A stretch of 64,000 nucleotides of DNA from NCBI GenBank assembly GCA_000165425.1, contig CT868429.1, positions 447,337 to 511,336 on the forward strand, written 5' to 3'. Within the stretch, counting starts at the first letter, position 1, and each line of letters opens with the position of its first letter. The DNA is from Paramecium tetraurelia (taxonomy: Eukaryota). The position numbers were made by a program, and so were the translations under genes. Below, one piece after another: positions 51,751 through 63,310 of the stretch. The notes under the pieces are model-generated. The model did not search any database and was not told the DNA's origin. It saw only the letters and a program-made list of their open reading frames with translations.

Positions 51751-53564
51751 ATGGAATAGACTGATATGAACATAGGAAACAGAAATAATGATAATTCATC
51801 TTCAGAAGAAATAGATTTGGAATTATAGGATGATGAAGTAAAATAAATGGTAATAAAGTTTAGACATAGGTCAATTAGGATTGCCCTTCGGAACAATAAG
51901 TATTGAGTCACTTATTGGAAATAGGAGAATTCATAGATTATTTAGATTCAAATACAAATAAATGGGCAACTATGAAAATTGTTGATATTTAAAACTCAAA
52001 TATAAGACTATAATCTCCTTCGTCCTCTAATACTTTTTGGATTTAATTTTCTTATGAAATAATTCGAAAACAGTGGATCCCTGGAGTCCCATTATAGAAT
52101 TCAAAAGTTGAAGTTTATAATTCTAATAAAGGATGGTTAGTTGGTATAGTTGTCCAGATAGAAAAGGACGAAGCACTTATACATCATTAAGGATATAAGA
52201 GGATTTACGATCAGAATTATTAGCATAAGGACATTCATCCCCTTGGTTTGAACTCCAGTGAACCTGGAATAGGAAAATTATTAAAATAACAACCATAATC
52301 TCTTATGAGATTGTAACATCGATTCAATCTATATTTACAATTGTAAAATTTCTTAACCATGCGAAAAAAATACAAGGAAATGGAAACTTCCTTGCAATCA
52401 ATTTTGAGTGAGTAAGGAATGCTGATTAGAGATGTTTAAGGCGATGGCAATTGTATGTTTAGAGCTATAAGTGATCAACTATATGGCAATGAAATCTATC
52501 ATAAAGAATTACGCAAATTTGCAATGCAATACATCCTACAAGAAAAGGATTATTTTTAAGATTATATAATAAATGGGAATGTTGAGGAATATGTAGAATA
52601 CAAATCAAAAGACGGTGTTTGGGGAGACAACATTGAACTTTAAGCCTTTCGTGAACTTTATGATATCCCAATTGAAATTTATGTGTGCAGCAAAGAACCG
52701 TTAAAAACAGGATTAGAGGCTAATCCATATAATAAAGAGTAACAATTGTTCCAATTTTCATAGGCCAATTAGATTGTCTTATCATGGAAGATCTCATTAT
52801 AACTCTATAAAATTAAAAGATAAATAGCATTCAGCCTTATTAGGAGTTTTAGAAATTAGTTAATATGAAAAGCAAATGTTCGAGAAATTATAAGAACAGA
52901 AAAACAAGTAAAGTGCAAACAATAATAATAGATGTGGGCAATAATTATCAAGAGCTTAATTTGAAAATTGCATTAGCAATGAATTGGATATTATTTTTAA
53001 TGAATCTAAAAGGCTATTCTAGGATCAATAACTAAAAATGTAATTTGTTCAAATTAATCTAGTGAGTAAACTGCGATAAAGGAATCTTTGTAACAACTAG
53101 AATATGAAGAAGAGGAGGAATAACTTATGGATATGGTAATTAAGGAGAGTGTTCAAGATGCACAATTTAATCAATAATTTCCTATTCAATAATAGTAAAA
53201 ACAAACTTAATAATAACAGCAATAATAATAGTAATAATAACAGTAATAGTAATAATAATAATAATAACAATAATAATAACAATAACAACAACCAAATTTG
53301 GAAAATGAAATATTGAGAAAAATAATGGAATAAAGTAAATAAGAATAGGAATAATAATTTATGTAATAATTTGAAGATACTCAATTTTAAAATGCTTTGA
53401 AAGAAATAGAAAAAACTATTTATGAAGATCCCATGAATAATCCAACAATAGCCTAAGTTATGGCCATGGGGTTCTTTACGCTTGAATAGGTAGTTGAAGC
53501 ATATGCAATTCATAGAGATGACCCAGATATGATCATAAATTATCTTTATGAAAATTTCTAATGA
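51751..53564 (+). CDS. OTU-family deubiquitinase (OTUD5-like) with N-terminal Tudor-like repeats, UIM, polyQ and UBA
   Basis: IRDVQGDGNCMFRAISDQLYG...VWGDNIELQA...IRLSYHGRSHYNSI (catalytic C/H/N). EEEEEQLMDMVIKES (UIM-like). IAQVMAMGFFTLEQVVEAY...IINYL (UBA). Confidence 0.9.
53195..53300 (+). repeat. Coding polyglutamine tract encoded mainly by TAA/TAG
   Basis: taa taa taa cag caa taa taa tag taa taa taa cag..., in frame in the OTU gene. The antisense poly-Leu ORF in the track is its shadow. Confidence 0.85.
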
Positions 53565-53592
53565 TATTATAAATATTTTATTTTGAATATAA

Positions 53593-54255
53593 ATGGATGA
53601 TTAAGATAAAATTCAAGAAGATGAATGTATGAATTAATATTGTACAATTGAATCATAAAATGTTTATCCTGCTAAATTTAGTGATTAAATTCTATTTTTT
53701 TGTAAAGAATGTCTTGAATTATACACTGAGAAAAAGTGCTGTTATTTCTGTGCTTAAGTATTTATGTTTATATTCTAGGTTTATAGTGATCAAAATGAAA
53801 ATTTTTTAGATGGTCAAAAATGGATTGCATGCGATTAGGAAAAGTGTGACAAATGGGTATTAAATTATAATAATAATTTCAAGACCCATTTATCTTGTGA
53901 AGCCAAAAATGGAATCCATAGTATTGAATGCTTAGTAGAAGATATGAAATTTAAATACATTTGCCCGTGGTGTAGGATTGAAGATTAAAAACAAAGAAAT
54001 ATGAAACCTCTTCCGAGATAAATCAACAGAAAGGGATTTAAATTCTTGGAGAAAATTCATAAAAGAAAGAATAGTACCTATGAACCTCCTCTAAATAATA
54101 ATAATAATGGTCCCTCGTATTTTGGTTCAACATATACAAGTAAATCAAGTTACTTGGATGAACTCTTGAAAAAGAATGGAGGGTTTAGTTAGTAAATAAC
54201 ATAAGAAGAAATGCAATTAGATTTATAGAAAATGATTTCATTGGTTAAATAATGA
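53593..54255 (+). CDS. PHD finger protein
   Basis: FCKECLELYTEKKCCYFCAQVY...WIACDQEKCDKWTHLSCEAK...KYICPWCR (C4HC3). Two tiny introns; ends MISLVKQ-TGA. Confidence 0.88.
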
Positions 54256-54607
54256 TACTACAATCTAAATTTTAAAATTATAAATATGTTGATTATCACA
54301 TAAATTTTAAGTCTAATAAAATACCAGAAATGAAAAATATAATTCTTATCAAATACTCTGATACAAATGTACAACAGAAATTACTGATGTCGGCCATCTA
54401 ATTAAACGAAAGGAGATTTATTTGAATATCTAATAAGAATTGAAATGAAATATAAATTATAAAATATAATTTATTTCATTAGAGAGAATGAAATCTGCGT
54501 ATGCTTCTCTTAAAGATTTAATACCTTTGATGAAAAGTAGCAAGTCAAAAATAAAGATAAAACTTTAAGCGAGTCAAAATTATGAAGAATCTTGTACATG
54601 CAATTAA

Positions 54608-56007
54608 ATGAGTTGTTTAATATGTTCTCGAAAAAGATCCTCATCAATGATTTCTCTAAAACTATTAAAACCTTCAGTTATGGTTGAACAAGGAAAGATA
54701 GAAAAATAAGGTATTACTTAACTTTAAAGTCTGATATAACGAAAATTATAAAGATAAGCATCAAATTAATTGTTATAATAAACATATTATGGTGGAAAAC
54801 AAAATTATGACCCTAAAGATTCGTCTATAAATTAATCTACATGGTTATTGTCAAAAACTCATTCCAGAAAAATATCAGTGGACAATTATTCTCAAAAAGA
54901 AGTTACTTAGCTTAAATCAGCATAATAATAATCAGTTACTACAATCAGTAGGTTAGCATTTCGATTTATATATGTGATTGGAAAAGGAGGATTTGGAAAG
55001 GTATGGAGAGTTGAGTTAAAATAAGCCAAGAAAGAATTTGCATTAAAAGAAATGATTAAGGCAAAGTATATTCTCTTATATCTTAGAATTATTTAGAAAA
55101 GATCGGTTAATTCAGTAATGAATGAAAAATTTCTATTGGAGCAACTTCGTCATCCATTTATTGTCAATATGCACTTCGCATTCTAAGATAGAGAGAATTT
55201 ATATCTTGTATTAGATTTATTAAGAGGAGGAGATTTAAGATTCCATATTAGTAAATTGAAAAGATTTACTGAAGATCATGCGAGTATCTAAATTAATTAA
55301 AATTAGAATTTTTCGCTTGTTGCATGCTTTTAGCTTTGCAATATTTACATTCGAATGGTATTATCCATAGGGATCTAAAACCAGAAAATTTAGTTTTTGA
55401 TAAGGATGGCTTTTTGCATTTGACAGATCTGGGAGTAGCTAGATTAAATAAGGAAAGTGTTGCAAATGACACTTCTGGAACACCAGGGTATATGGCACCA
55501 GAAGTTATGTGTAGAATGGAGCATTCCTTTCCTGCTGATTATTATGCCCTTGGAGTTATTCTTTATGAAATTTTAATTGGTAAAAGGCCCTATAATGGAA
55601 AAAATAGATAAGAAATCAGAGAGCAAATCTTAGCTAAGTAGGCAACTATCAAAGAAGGAACACCTAATGTTAGTAGCTAAGCCATAGATTTTATCAATAG
55701 AGTACTCATATTACCGAATATTAGTTACTCATTCGTAAACCTTAGTAAAGATTAGGCTTTGCAGGAATTGAAGAAGTAATTCATCATTCATGGTTAAAAG
55801 GAGTTTAATGGACAAAATTGCTAAATAAAGAAATGAAATCTTTATTTATACCAGGAGTAACTTATATTTCTTAATAATAAGTGTATTGATGGTAATAGTG
55901 ATTTTTAAAACCAGATATCAGCTGATAGTGAGTTAGAAGATGAATGCCAGAGCTTAGTAAGAAGAAAAAGTGTATAAAGTTTATTCGATGGGTATAAGTT
56001 TTAATGA
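54608..56007 (+). CDS. AGC-group Ser/Thr protein kinase
   Basis: [72 protein letters not shown]; ends LFDGYKFQ-TGA. Start codon tentative (MSCLIC). Confidence 0.92.
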
Positions 56008-56194
56008 TATGTGAATATTGGTTTATTATTTAAATGGTCTAAGAAGTAACTAAATTATCTGATTAAGTTACTTCTTATGGTAATTTTAATTTAAACTTCT
56101 AAGCAAAGTAGTCATTGTATTTATGATATGTTGATGAATATAAACTTATAAAAGAGTATTAATTATTAATTACCTTAAAATTGCTATCATTATA

Positions 56195-58106
56195 ATGAAT
56201 AGAAAACCAATTTTTTTATAAGATAAGCAAGGACAATAGAGTTATCCATATAATTAACCTACTCAAATTTAAACTGGTCGATAGGCTGATACTAGGATTG
56301 CTAATATGAAAAATACTGAACATCTTTTGATGGGTAAAATTGTTATATCATTCAGCTCCTTAACATAATACACCTTTTTCAGCCTTTAGCACTGCCATGT
56401 AATCATAAGATGCCTCTTTCTTGAGTAACAAACAGGAAGACGCCAATATTGGATTTCAATAAATTTTGAAACATACCAATCAAATAGTATAAGAAAAATC
56501 ATAGGCATAAGAATTAAAGTTTAAAGAATTGTAAAATCAGATCGATTCAAACAGAACTATAATTTTTGATATAAGAGGATAAAATCCGATAAATGCAGAA
56601 TAGTTAAGCATAAAATTTAAATAGTTTGAAGAATCTGTAATTTCAATTTTCAATAATTTAGATCAAAACATATATAAAAAAGGCTCAGGAAGAATTAATG
56701 AATTAATAGGTTAATTTTTAAAGCGATTATTAAATAAAGTTTAAAGAATTACAGGATTAGACTGATAATAAATTAACATTTATATAAAAAGAAAACTAGT
56801 CAAATTTAGTTAAAATAAAAGAAGACACACAATCAAGAACTCCTACTCAAATTAATCTTAGTGAAGATACACTCATAAAGGATATTCAATAAAAAATTAA
56901 GGCTCTTCAATTATTATTTGATTCTCAACATAATGAATCTGTCATAAATGATTAAAAAACTAAGTAAATTTTCTATCAATTAAAATAGATAACAATTAAC
57001 TAAATTAGAAAAAAATCTACTTGAACAATCTTAAAAAATTAGTGTTTAAGAAGAATAGACAATTGCTTAATTAAAGACCTTCTAAAATAATCAATAAAAT
57101 AATATTTCTTAAGCAAATAAAAAACTGTACGATGATATTGAAATTAAGTTACAATAAGTTTATAATATTATCCAATAAAAAACATTTTCATAATCTGACA
57201 AGTATTTGATAACTTATTATTTAGATTAACAGAATTAACTCTTTAATAAGGAGATTTAAATAAAATTACAAAAGGGGTATTTGATCTACAGAATTCATAA
57301 AAATTACTTTCTTAGTAATACTAAGAATTAACTCTAAGAATAGATTAGCATCTATCTTAAACCTCTAAACAAGAACTTAATCTTAAAGAATTAGAATAGA
57401 AAGTGGATTAAGTATACTGAATTAAATATATTAGAATAATGATGAAAATTATAATGGTATTACTTAATTGAGATTAGAACTTTCAAGTCTAACCAAATAA
57501 TTCGAGAGAGTGAAATTAGAATATAAAAATTAGTTTGACTATCTCATAAATTAATAAAATAAATCAAATGAAGAAATCAGAAAATCCCATTAAGAAATAT
57601 TGTTCTCTTTTAAATAGACTGAGTAGACTCATTGGATTGATGAATATAACAAAAAAAAACCTGAAATTTAATAAGCTTAAGTCTAAGTGTTCAGTTATGA
57701 AGAGGATTCTGAAAGTAAGAGTGACCAATAAATCAATGAGATATCAGAATAGAATAATAATGTATTAAACTTCTTTATTTATTAGGATTAAATAGAGCCT
57801 GAGTTTGAAAAGGAAGCATTTATGGAAAGGTTGAAAGCGTTGAGTCCCTTTAAAAATAGCTAAGTTTAGGAAGAGAAGATAGTGTAAGTGAAGGAAGAGA
57901 ATCAGGATAAGGAGATAAAAAATGATTAAAAAGAAGAAGAGGATGATAATGATAATGATGCTACTTATTAATTAGATGAAAATGGTTTCTTATTAGATGA
58001 GGAAGGAAATTATTTATTAGATGAAAATGGTTAAATGATTCAATTAAATGAAACCTAAATAGAGTATTTAAGAAAGTAAGATATGGTGTAAGAAGAAGAT
58101 AATTGA
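56195..58106 (+). CDS. Long coiled-coil protein with acidic C-terminal LDE(N/E)G repeats
   Basis: Q/E/K/L heptad-rich frame with several introns; ends YQLDENGFLLDEEGNYLLDENGQMIQLNETQIEYLRKQDMVQEEDN-TGA. Confidence 0.7.
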
Positions 58107-59571
58107 TAATCATAATTACTTTATCATTTAAATTAAATGAGAAAGTATATATATAAGATTATTAATTCCTTAAAATTCTTAAAACCTGAACTTTAAATTC
58201 ACAACCAATAATCTATTAATTTGGTTTTGTTATTTGTACATGATGATACCACTTGTTTAATATTATAGGTCGAGATTGTAACCCATACAATTTATTAAGA
58301 ATGAGGCTGGAAATTTTATTGCATTACAAGATTGGTTATGAATTTTGTTGAACAAAATTAAAAATAAAATTGAGAATTTCACTTCAATCCAATTTAAAAC
58401 CATTTTTTTTTTCGTAAATTAAATAGCTTAACATCTATTCCATCTCAAGGTTCTTTTATGAGATGGATATCATCTCCAATTTAACTTTATTTTAAGATTC
58501 TGTTAAAATAGATTAGCTTTATTAATACTTGAATAATTTAATGTAATACAGAAGAGGCGAAAAAATTAAATTAGTCTAATTCTTAAGAGAATTAGTTCAG
58601 CTCTGATTTTAGCGCTAAAAATTGTGATATTATTTGTATTTTTTCTTGCTTCTTTTTCATCACCAAATGAATCGTATTTCTAAGTGGAATAATAAAAAAA
58701 GGAATACTTATTATTTTTCTAGAAGAATGGATTTTTAAATTCGTACTTCCCTTAATGATTCTTTACTCGTTTAAAACCGTAGTTATTCATTTATCGAGTA
58801 AATGAATCAATATGATTATGCTTAAAATAGTTTAAGAGAATCTAATTTTCAAAGAGTTCTTATTGATGGATTATAATACCATCGCCTTTTCCATCGAAAC
58901 TAATTATTTCTGAATAAGATTAATTCTATTTAATTAATTTTATCATTGAATTACATCTAATATTTCAATCAATTTGCTCACAAATTTTTGGGGTTCTATA
59001 ATTTTTAGTATTCATTAATTTTTATATCGAATTTTCTTTAAAAATTCTCAATACAATCGTGAGAATGTTGAAATTGACTTTCAATTTTATTTTCTCCTTA
59101 TTTATTATATAATTCTCACAGGATATAACATAAATTTAGGAATGAATATCTTAAAATAAATTTGTGAAAATACTAATCAAATTAAAGTGAAAATCTTAAT
59201 AGCTTGCCCTAAGTAATGTCTTTTATGTTACTAACTATAAATAAAGAAGGGTCAATAGGACTCCCTTGGACAGTTAAGATCAAATAAATCGTTAATAAAT
59301 CAAAGTTTCACTTGATGAATAGTTATCAAGTTTTAATTATATATTTAATAACCTTAGTTATTATATTATTTCCAAAATTTCATAAAATTAAACCTAATGA
59401 AAATCTGTAATTTTGAAGAATGATTAGCGAGATTAAAGTTGGAGTGAGGATAGTCTAAGAGCTTGGTGAATTATTCGAGTTTATAAATTGAAAACCAATC
59501 AAATTTAAGTTTTGAGATTCTTAAACTAGATATAAAAAAATTATTATCTAGTATAATAAAATAACAAATAT

Positions 59572-60085
59572 ATGGTAATCTATTTATTTTATTCCTTAGT
59601 CTGGAATTGCCAAGAGTGCAAAGGGTGGAAAAGGCGGAAAAGGAGGAAAAGGAGGAAAGTTTGGATCCGGTAAGAATAAGAAGGCACCTCAATCTAGGTC
59701 CTTGAAGGCTGGACTTTAAGTACTTATTTTTTGAAAATTTAGTTCCCTGTTGGTCGTATTCATCGATATCTAAAGCAAAGAGTATCTGCCAAAAACAGAG
59801 TAGGAACTACATCAGCAGTTTACACTTCAGCAATTTTGGAATATTTAACAGCTGAAGTGCTTGAGTTAGCAGGAAATGCATCAAAAGACTTTAAAGGTTT
59901 GTAAATATCTAAATATTTTTTTAGTCAGAAGAATAACTCCAAGACATTTATAATTAGCCATCAGAGGTGACGAGGAACTCGATATTCTCATCAGAGCAAC
60001 AATAGCTGGCGGTGGTGTCATTCCTCATATTCACAAAGCTTTATTCGGAAAATAAACACCAGAAGTTGGTTAACCTAAGGAATGA
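59572..60085 (+). CDS. H2AZ: Histone variant H2A.Z (hv1-type)
   Basis: Exon 1 is the ATG alone; introns 59575-59599, 59720-59742 and 59897-59924. GGK-repeat tail, [57 protein letters not shown] (H2A.Z docking signature). Confidence 0.96.
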
Positions 60086-60331
60086 ATTATATATATATAA
60101 TAATATTAATTCATATGGGAATTTAAGTATGATTCAAATTTAATGGATGTAGAAAATAAATTCAAATTTTATAATATGATTTATTCGTTTCTTGATGAAA
60201 TAAGAAACAATAATAGATATTATATTTGTCGTTAAAAACTATTAATTTAATAATTATATACGAAAATAATTTAATGAAATGTAAAATCGAAAGAAATTTT
60301 ATAAACAATAAATATATAATTTAGCAATCTA

Positions 60332-61785
60332 TCATATAGCAAATGGCTAAGAATTGGCATGTCGTAGAACAGGGGGTTATTAAATGGAGTTTGATGATTA
60401 ATTTAAAGTTTCACTTCTAAAGTCAAGTCTCTCTTAATTTTGATCCTCCTCTGGTTCGGATTCTGTAGAAGAAGACGAAGACTATTTTTCGATTAACTAA
60501 TCTTTATCATCGATATTCTCGAAATCTTGAGTTTGATTATTAGTTAATCTGTATTTATCTTGATATCCATTAAGATTTGTGGAAAACTCGATAAATTGTC
60601 CTATTCCCTATATGATCTGGAATTCATTGAGCAATTTAATTAATTTTGTCATTCCCATTTGGTTTCTGAGGTCTTTAAACATCAATTTATAATTGTACAA
60701 CTTCTTAACTGATGAATCTATACAAGAATAGACAAAGTTCAGTTCATCATTCAGGGTAATCTAAAATAATTTGAATATGAAATACTTCAGTAACACCACC
60801 GAAATAAAGGATTTTAGCAACGCAATTATTATTTTCAAGAATATTCTACAATTCTATGCTGCAAGTTTATTTCGATTATTCTGAAAGCGAAATAGCTTAT
60901 TCTGCTTAAGAATATATAAGAGAATTTTCTATGTTGGGCTGTAAAATGATAATAATATCATGAGCATATTAAAGGTATTCATGCATAATGTTTCTTAGAT
61001 TGTGTTTGGAATCAATAAAATACAGATTAACAACTACAACATCAATCTTATTTTATAAATCCATCTTTAAGACCTTTAAAACATTTACATTCATTTTCTA
61101 GATTCCTCTATCTATTAAATCAATGTAGGTCTTATCAGATTCTAAATAATATATAGTTCTAGTATGACTAGCCAACTTTAGTAAAATTGAGCCAGTGGGA
61201 TCATGAGCTAACAAAATTGAATTTGATTTGATCCTTTTATTAATTGTATCAACAATTGAGGGGTTGAGTAATAAGGCTTTAAATTTGGTTTCGAATTCTC
61301 TGTCTTAAACGATCAAATACACATCTTTAAAAATTTTGATAATTGATTGATGTGATTGCATTTCAATCTGGAGATTACTTTGCCTAGCTAACAGGCCACC
61401 ACAACGATGAAGTAATTTCATTTCTATATTATTGGAGTTGAATTCCTTTAATATAAACAAATTTGATTACGTCTGAAAAATTAGTTTTCTGTAAAAGTGA
61501 TTATTTCTCTAGATAAGAGAGTTGTCTATTATAAATTTTATGACCTTCGTCTGAGTCGTTATCATATTGTCCCTATTCGAAGTAGTCAATTTCTTGAGAA
61601 GTGGTCTAATTGAGCCAACCTTCCTATTGATTTTGCATGGATATAAGAGTAATGGGTTTGGACCTTGGGATTTCCATCTGGGTGGAGAGTTTCTGCAATT
61701 TTTGATTTGATTGGAGAGGTTCTTCTCTAACACAGCCACAAAATAATTATTGAATCCAACTTGGTTTCTTTTATTATTATTACAT
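60332..61785 (-). CDS. Degenerate TGS1 (trimethylguanosine synthase)-like methyltransferase-fold protein
   Basis: ILLAHDPTGSILLKLASHTRTIYYLESDKTYIDL...VDVVVVNL...AHDIIIILQPNI...CSIELQNILENNNCVAKILYFGGV follows the TGS1 motif order but lacks the Gly-rich SAM loop and SPPWGG. N-terminal LFCGC. Confidence 0.6.
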
Positions 61786-61786
61786 T

Positions 61787-62518
61787 ATGATATTAATCAC
61801 AACATTAATAACATTAATACATGCAGCATATGATGGGACAGATTATCTGAAAGGAGAGGGTGATTTTGTCATTGAATAAAATTGGATCATGAATTAGACA
61901 GAAGAATATTTAGAAACTGAATTTGTTACCGAAGGGAATGAGAAAGTAAAATTCAATTTATGAGTCTATGAAAGTTCTTAAAATTACACAAAAAGGCAGA
62001 ATCAGAATTAAGTTTCAAGGACGGGTTTTATCATCTGTTTCAGGAATCCTAACCTTAGCACATCCGATTCTGGTTTGCATCAGGAAATAAAGAAATCGAA
62101 GACACAAACTTAAGATTAAAGGATACAGCCACTGATAAAACTGCAGTCTCATTTAGATGTGGATATGCAGGATTTGTTAGAGTCAATGATAATTAGATGA
62201 TCACTTTCTACAATAGTTCAGTTTCAAGTGAGGCAAAAATCATTTGGACCCAAGCAGACATCTTATTGAATTGGGATACATAAGAAGTCCTGGTCTTTAT
62301 GAATGAATCATATATGGGATCTGCCAGTTTCTACCATACAGAAGTATTGGAATATATTTAGATAGGTGACAAAAGTGAATGAAGTTATGCTTTATAATTT
62401 AAAACCAGACACTACAAGTTGGTGGAAGAATATTAAAGTTTGCAAAGAGAGATGTGATAATTTCGAATTTACTCAAATTGTTGTGATATGCTTTGCATTA
62501 TTCATTTTATTATTGTGA
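61787..62518 (+). CDS. Secreted/surface beta-rich protein with C-terminal hydrophobic (GPI or TM) tail
   Basis: Signal peptide MILITTLITLIHA, beta-strand-like body (HIRFWF, WTQADILLNWDTQEVLVFMN, VMLYNL...WWKNIKVC), ends IVVICFALFILLL-TGA. Two introns. Confidence 0.78.
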
Positions 62519-62549
62519 ATAAATGATGATACTTTGTTAATTTTAATAA

Positions 62550-63249
62550 TCAGCATTTGCAATCATCGTCTTATTTCTTTTTATTTTATTATTAAGAGTA
62601 ATTACCTAATTTAATACCACAATCCTATTAATATTCGAAATGTTATCATACTTCATTAGTAAACTCAATTTATTTCTTTTCGATTTTCTCAACTATGTCC
62701 ATAGCTGTATTCTCGAACAATTAATCTATATTGTAATTGGTTTTTGCTGATGTCTCAATGTATTGCATTTTGTATTGATCTGCAAATGCCTTCGCTTGCA
62801 CAGTTGATATTTTTCGACTTTGATTTATAAAATGTAATATATACTGGGATTCCAAATCAACTTTATTGCCCACCAGCACTATTTAGCAATTCTAGGCAGC
62901 TTAATCATTGACTTCATTATACCACTTTAATACATTGTGGAATGATTCCTCGCTTGTGATATCGAAAACAAGAAATACTCCTATGGATCTACTCTATAGT
63001 CTCAATTCTATACCCTTTATAATAAGATCTCGTTATTGACTTGAAAGAATCCTATCCTGCTGTATCCCAAATTTATATTTTTATTGTCTTCTCATTCTTT
63101 ACAAAAATTTAAGATCCAAATTCAACACCTATTGTGGTGTCATGTTCATCTCGAAATTATTTCTCTGTGTATCTCAACAAAATGCAAGACTTTCCGACAC
63201 TTCCATCCCCTACTATAATAAATTTGAATAAATAGTGGTATTAAGCCAT
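62550..63249 (-). CDS. RAB2: Rab GTPase, Rab2-like
   Basis: YLFKFIIVGDGSVGKSCILL...HDTTIGVEFG...[22 protein letters not shown]...VGNKVDL...IETSAK...DDCKC-TGA (CXC prenylation). Confidence 0.9.
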
Positions 63250-63310
63250 CTAAATTATTATTATTTATTGTAAGCATTCTCAAATTATCACACTTCTATA
63301 TTAAATTAAT

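Noticed and set aside
1685..53564. Apparent enrichment of ubiquitin-system genes (RBR, RINGv, UBR4-like, kelch, VPS37-like, OTU) as a functional cluster
   Set aside because: They are interspersed with unrelated genes and these families are large in Paramecium, so there is no evidence of an operon-like system.
54381..54415. ctgatgt...gaaa, hammerhead-ribozyme-like core
   Set aside because: The core is CTGATGT rather than CTGANGA, and no stem II or flanking stems form.
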